Source: Candidatus Thorarchaeota archaeon
GTDB taxonomy: Archaea; Asgardarchaeota; Heimdallarchaeia; Hodarchaeales; Hodarchaeaceae
DNA: 32,000 bases
Direction: 5' to 3'
Assembly: GCA_048882505.1 (NCBI GenBank)
Contig: JBHLRO010000014.1
Coordinates: 30,001 to 62,000 of the forward strand
This document shows positions 12,601 to 18,600 of this stretch, piece by piece (position 1 is the stretch's first letter; each line of letters starts with the position of its first letter). Under the pieces are notes generated by a model. It saw only the letters and a program-made list of their open reading frames with translations, was not told the DNA's origin and ran no database searches. The position numbers were made by a program, and so were the translations under genes.

Positions 12601-15600
12601 AATCCCCATTCCCAATGTCTCGCATCTCATACAGGGTGCGACTCAACGTAAGACCTTGGAGGGGACTACCTTGATCGGTTGGATATTCATAAGTAATGTC
12701 GGAAGTGAGTCCACGATATACCTCAAGGAGTTGGAAACTGATCTCGACGAGTCTGGGATTGTCTGAAATTTCTTGAAGAGAGATGGTGTCGTCTGCGGCC
12801 TGCGTGAATAGTTCCAAATAATCAAATTTGGCTTCTGAGAGGTCTGAGAACTGACGTATGGTGAGGGATGCATAATTGGTGTCAAAATCGGACTGTGTAA
12901 TGAATTGCCCATCGAATTCCAATAGGGAAGGATCGTCCGTGTCTTCTCTAAACTTGAACACGCGGTAACCTTGATACAGTAGGTTCCACTTTTCGAAAAC
13001 TTCTAGTAGGAGGGTGTTTTTAGGGATCTTAATCAGTCCGACTGAGATAGGATCATAAAGGTATAGGTCATGGGGTATCTGGAAATCCTCAATCTTCAAC
13101 AAGAGCGTCTTAAAAATGGAGGCGAGCTGGAAAAAACTATATTCTTGGGCGGCGGTGTTCCCCTCGATTTGAAGGTCACCCTTTTGTGCGGCAGATCCAG
13201 TAATTTTGTCATTTAATGATTCCCCTGGGAGGGAATTTTGATGCGTAGTTTCCATCGGGGTCAATATATTATCCAAGTGGTCTGTATTTCGAAAGATCCT
13301 GCCTAACTTTACTAATCGTTCTTTCTTCAGTTGACGTCCTGCATCTGTCTCCATGTCCTCGTTAGGGGAATAGCCATAGTTAGGATCATTCATGACCTTC
13401 TCTAGGACATCCATGGTGTCAGGAGACCGAGCTAAGCCTCGGACTATGAAAAAAGATTCGGGATTAGAGCTTTGTATCCTGACACTCCAAGAAAAGAACT
13501 CGGCGTCAACCTGAAGAAATTCGCTGGCCATCCCAAGTTTCTTTGCCATAGAGTAATCAATAAACAAGTCCAACGGTTTACAGTAGAGCTTAATATCCCG
13601 TCGTGTATCAATCCACGACAGACCTACGTGGTTAGTTCGAGTATATCGTGAGGTGAAAAATGGAATACCTTGGGCTAGACCATCGCGAATACTACCTGAT
13701 TTGTCTTCGACCCATTCGGCGGTGGTTGAATCCCAAAACATTCCATCTGTTGTGGCTAAGGAGAATTTACCTAATAGCAGTGCCCCTTCACTTCCGTAAT
13801 GAGGCGTAAACGACCAGGCCATCCAATTATGCATCAGCCCCTCCGTCTTGATTGGTGAGTAGATAGTCCCCTCATCCCCAATAATTGAATCAACAAGGGC
13901 AAGCATCGGGGAATCTTGCCAATCAGAGTCTTGGGGGCGGGGAACTTGACTTTGCTTATAATCCTCCTCGGTCATCCAGTTATATTGGTCATCACTCCCG
14001 TCACTTTGCAAATCGATAGGGAAGGGTTTTCTGATTTCATAATGTTCGTGAATGTCGGGTAAGACGTCTCGTAAAACCCCCTCTGGTGTTATCCGCTGTA
14101 ATGGGGGGATGTATCTTACACTTCCAGCTGTTGGGGTGAGATCCACTCGTTGGGTCCATAGATCTCTGATTTCCCAGAACCATTGCGAAAACAGTAATAG
14201 GTCCGAGCTGCAGGCCCCACAATCTGATGGTCTGGGCGGGACGGCCTGTTGATGGTACATAAAATCGCGGAACCACTTGATTCGTTGTTGTTCGGTTCCA
14301 ATTAAGTCATTGTGATTAAGATGGAGTAGGAGAAAATGGTAAAAATTTTCATAGGGTTTGGTCTCATCATCAGTAGAGAACAATGGTTCGAAAATGGTGA
14401 CATACTCCCGTTCGGGCCCAGGCTGGCCATTGTCGAGGAGAACCACATACTCATTTTGCGCTGCAAAGTCTCCTGTCAGATCCGAAGAAAAGGCAAAATT
14501 GAATAGGTAATCCTGGATTTGGGCAAGCTCGAATTGCGCAAATTCATCCAAACGGATCAAAGCAGAGTTGTCGTATAACACAAAGGTACGTTGAATCCGT
14601 TCATCTTCACCAAGACTGGTCTGGTCATCCGCTATGGCAAGAACTTTAGATCCGAGTGGGATGTCTTGATCGGGTGTATCGGGAAACGTAATCATGCCAC
14701 TTTGGATACTTTCCTTGAATTCACGTTGGTTCATCCACTGCACTGTTCCGTCCGCAAACACAATTCGCCGCAAACGGTGACTAACGACACCTCTCGTCCC
14801 AGAATTTTGGGAGACCAGTATTTGATCCATTAGGGATTTTATTAAACCTCCTGCAAAATTTTGGTATTCCGTTAGGACGATAGGCACTCCTAGACTTACG
14901 AGATACCCGTAATGTCCAGAGGTGGGTAGAACGAGTGGAAGAGACAGGAATCGCTGTAAAAGTGCCGAATCACTGTTAAGGAATTCGGAACCAATTGTGG
15001 AAGCCCGAATGGATTTGTGGATAACACGCTCTTCTAGATCCCTGTCAAAATCAATGTCAATAATGTTTCCATCTCTATCCGTAAAACCTCCAATGGAGAC
15101 CAAATACGTGAGGAAATCCATTCGATCAATAAACCATGTTTTTATTCCAGCTGCCTGTAATATGGTATCCAGGGGGCTTTTTACCGCAAATATAGTAATT
15201 TCATCCTGGATTGAATTAATGTCGGGATCGACTTCCTGATTGCTCAGGGATTGGTCAAACAGCTGATTCAGAAGCATGCCTTGGAGCCATATACTCTCAT
15301 CCCACACAATTTGCCCATTTACTTCATAAATAACGCGTGTTTCCAAAAAAGCATCTCGCATACGCATAGTAACAACCCCATCGGGATGTTGGGTTCCAAG
15401 CGTATCTGCAAGCCCTCCAGCAATGGCTCCATTTATAACGGATGAAACAGCATCGGCTAAAGGATGGGTCTCACTTTCGGAGACAAATTGGGAACCTTGG
15501 GCGGAAATTATCACCTCCTCATCTTGGATTACGGGTGTTGTTTCTCCAAACAAACCGTAAAGGGATTCATCCATATCTTTGATTGCATCGACTGGGATGA

Positions 15601-18600
15601 TCAGATCCCACGTTAATGGAGATGAGGGGTTATTAGGATCCTTTGGGCGCAATCTGATTTGGGAGGTCTCAATGATTTGTGTAAACATCTGTTTAATCGA
15701 TTCATCCAGATTAGCAATCCGAGCAGCACTGCTTTTTAACCCAAAAGGATTTTCTTTTGTTCTTATAGGGTTCTCTTGGGATGCTCGTGTAATAATATTC
15801 AGGATATTACCGAGTTCTGCCAGATCAGTAGCAGAGATGCCAGAATTACTCCCTTGTTTCCTCATGATGTTTTGGACGATACTCATAAAGGCGTCGTAAT
15901 CAATTGCATTACCCGTATCACTGGGGGTATTGGAATCTTCGAGAAGGTTAACAACATCATTTACGACTTGCTCGAGAAATTCAACCTGTAATTGAGGTAT
16001 ACTCGGAAAATTTTCAAATTTTGCTCCGACAGCGTTATCCAAAGCCAGAAGTAAATTCTTGGCGAGTAACCGGCTTTCTGTGACTGGGGAATTGGCTAAA
16101 CCCGTAATCAATTGTAGAAAGTGCTGATAACTCGAACGATCTCTGGCACTGGATTCACTCGATGTATCGGACATGAAAAACGTATCCCCAAATGTAAGAT
16201 CAGAGACGGAAATATCGTTATAAGATTGGAGTAAGGCATCCGCAAACACGGCCAATCCGCTGGTCTCTTTATTCCACTGATCGACTTCTACTTTGCTGCC
16301 CATTGCATCGAAATTTCGGACAAAACGCGTCAGGATTCCCAACCATCCCATAGCTTGTTGGTCATAGTCGTCGTCTAACCCGTTATCGGGAATCCCCCAT
16401 TGTCGATAATACCTACCTGTTGGGTTGGGGGTGCCACTGTCGTCCACACGTTGTCGTCCGTCGTCCCTGAAGGTACCATCGATCACGTCCTTCTCATCTG
16501 CCCCCACGATGTATTCCTCATTGAGATCATTGGGGGATACCAATAATTCCATGAGGGACGGGAGGGTTTGGACTAATTGCTCCAATCCAATTTGGATTAT
16601 AGAATATAATCCCCCTGACAGGACTTCCTGAATGGTATCAAATAGATCACTCACGATGGGGAGAGCGTCCATGAACCCACCGACAAGTCCCTGCAGGGTG
16701 TCCATAATCCATCCTAATTCAACCCCAGGGCGATCTGCTTGTGATGCGGTAACAACAAAATTTAAGACATTCCCTAATTGGTATTTTGGGGCAATTACTT
16801 GTCCGAGCGGCCCATCACCGTACCCCTCGAAGATACCATCCTGATTTCGATCTTGAAGGACGACGAACAGTTCGGTAGGGTCGGCAAAAATCTGTTTCGT
16901 ACTTAGTCCTAAATTTGTGGGAGATTTTCCGACATCATCCCAGTGGATCGCGATAATAATATCTTTTCCTTGTAAGGGCCCCATAGCACTGGATCCTTTG
17001 ACGAGATGCAGACTGAAGGTATCATAATCGGGGTCAACCAGCGCGGTCGATTCTCTCACCCCTTGGATAATCAATCGGTTACTAGAAATATCAGGATCGG
17101 GAATACTACTGTACCGAGTCCCCGCTAGCATACTGGAGGTCAAGGTGTATTTCGAGGTCTCCCCTGCGTCCAACGCATAGCTATACCATTTCCGACCCCC
17201 GTAACTCACATTGGTAGATTCCTCCGCTCCGTAAAATGACGAAATGGCCTGGTACGCCGCCCCATCCTTGCCCTTTTCCATATAAGAAACGGTTCCTGCA
17301 TACCCAGGGGACCACCACTTAGATTCCTCGCGCCCCCCAAGATTAACAGAATACCCGTGTTCTATAAACCCACTGAATTGGGAACACGGATTACAATAAC
17401 TGTTACTGGACGTATCTTTGGCAAAAGTCGGGTAGTCCGTACTTTGTGACCAAACAGGTGAAACTTTATAGACAGAAATCATGTCTACCATACTAACTAA
17501 GCTTAGTAGAATTTGCCCCCAGCCATCGACGCTCTCAACGTTAATCTGTCCCCCACTTCGGGCATCGAAGATATCTTGAACCGCCTCAGCCCATGCTACC
17601 TCATGATATTCTTCCCCTTGCCACGGGGAACTCGGAGAGTCGGGATATTCAAAATCAGTGGTATTAAAATCATAATCGGTCATGAATAAGGCCAGGAGTA
17701 GGTTTTCAAATTCACTCCACTCGACAATGTTGGAGTATTGGCGGGCTGCCTGAGGGAAATCGGCAAGACTGTTGCCTTGAATTACGTCTCCAGCCCCGAC
17801 ACTATAGGAGACTGATCCACTTCCAGTGTAATTGAATTCCTCCAGTAAATTATCAGCCAGTTGGGATTGTAACGTTTTAAGCCCAGTATAGTAGGGTTGG
17901 CCACCCTCAGTATATTTTACGGAGAGTGGTACCCCCGTCCCGAAATAACCTAAGCTCGGTAATCCAAACTCACCTGAAGTGGCGACCCGATCGTGGTTGA
18001 CGTCATACCAAAAAACGTAATCGTTGGGCCCCTTTCCTAGATTGATGGATTGTCCCATTTTCATTGGAATGGAATCATCTGCCCAAATGCTTGAGCTAGG
18101 CCAAAGGGAATCTCCACTATAGACTGGAATGGAAGGTGATGAGACCCCTATTATGCTCGCATGCGATCCGACATCTACAACCGAGCTCATTAGTGGGATC
18201 GGAATCGGGGCGACTCGATCCGAGATTTGAAAGTTACTGATTTCAGTGGTCTGTTCCCCATAGTTATAAAACCAGACGTTTTCTAAGGTGGGGTAACTTT
18301 GACTATTTAAAATGGGAATATAGATGTTACTTCCAACTAATTCCCCATCTAGGAAGACATTCACTAATTCCGTAGTTTCGTCATAAAAAACATCTACATG
18401 ATGCCATGACCAGGGTTGGACTCTGACAACTCCATAGTCTGGTTGACTCCCATAGTCCAACGGAGAATGGGTATAGGTTAATTCATGAAAGTACCGATCC
18501 ATCCCACCAAGGGCATTCCAGAGTGACCCACCAGGCCAATGCCGTAGTTGGGCCCCGTCACCTGGGATCAATGTGTTATCTGGGTACATGCTGTAGTAGT

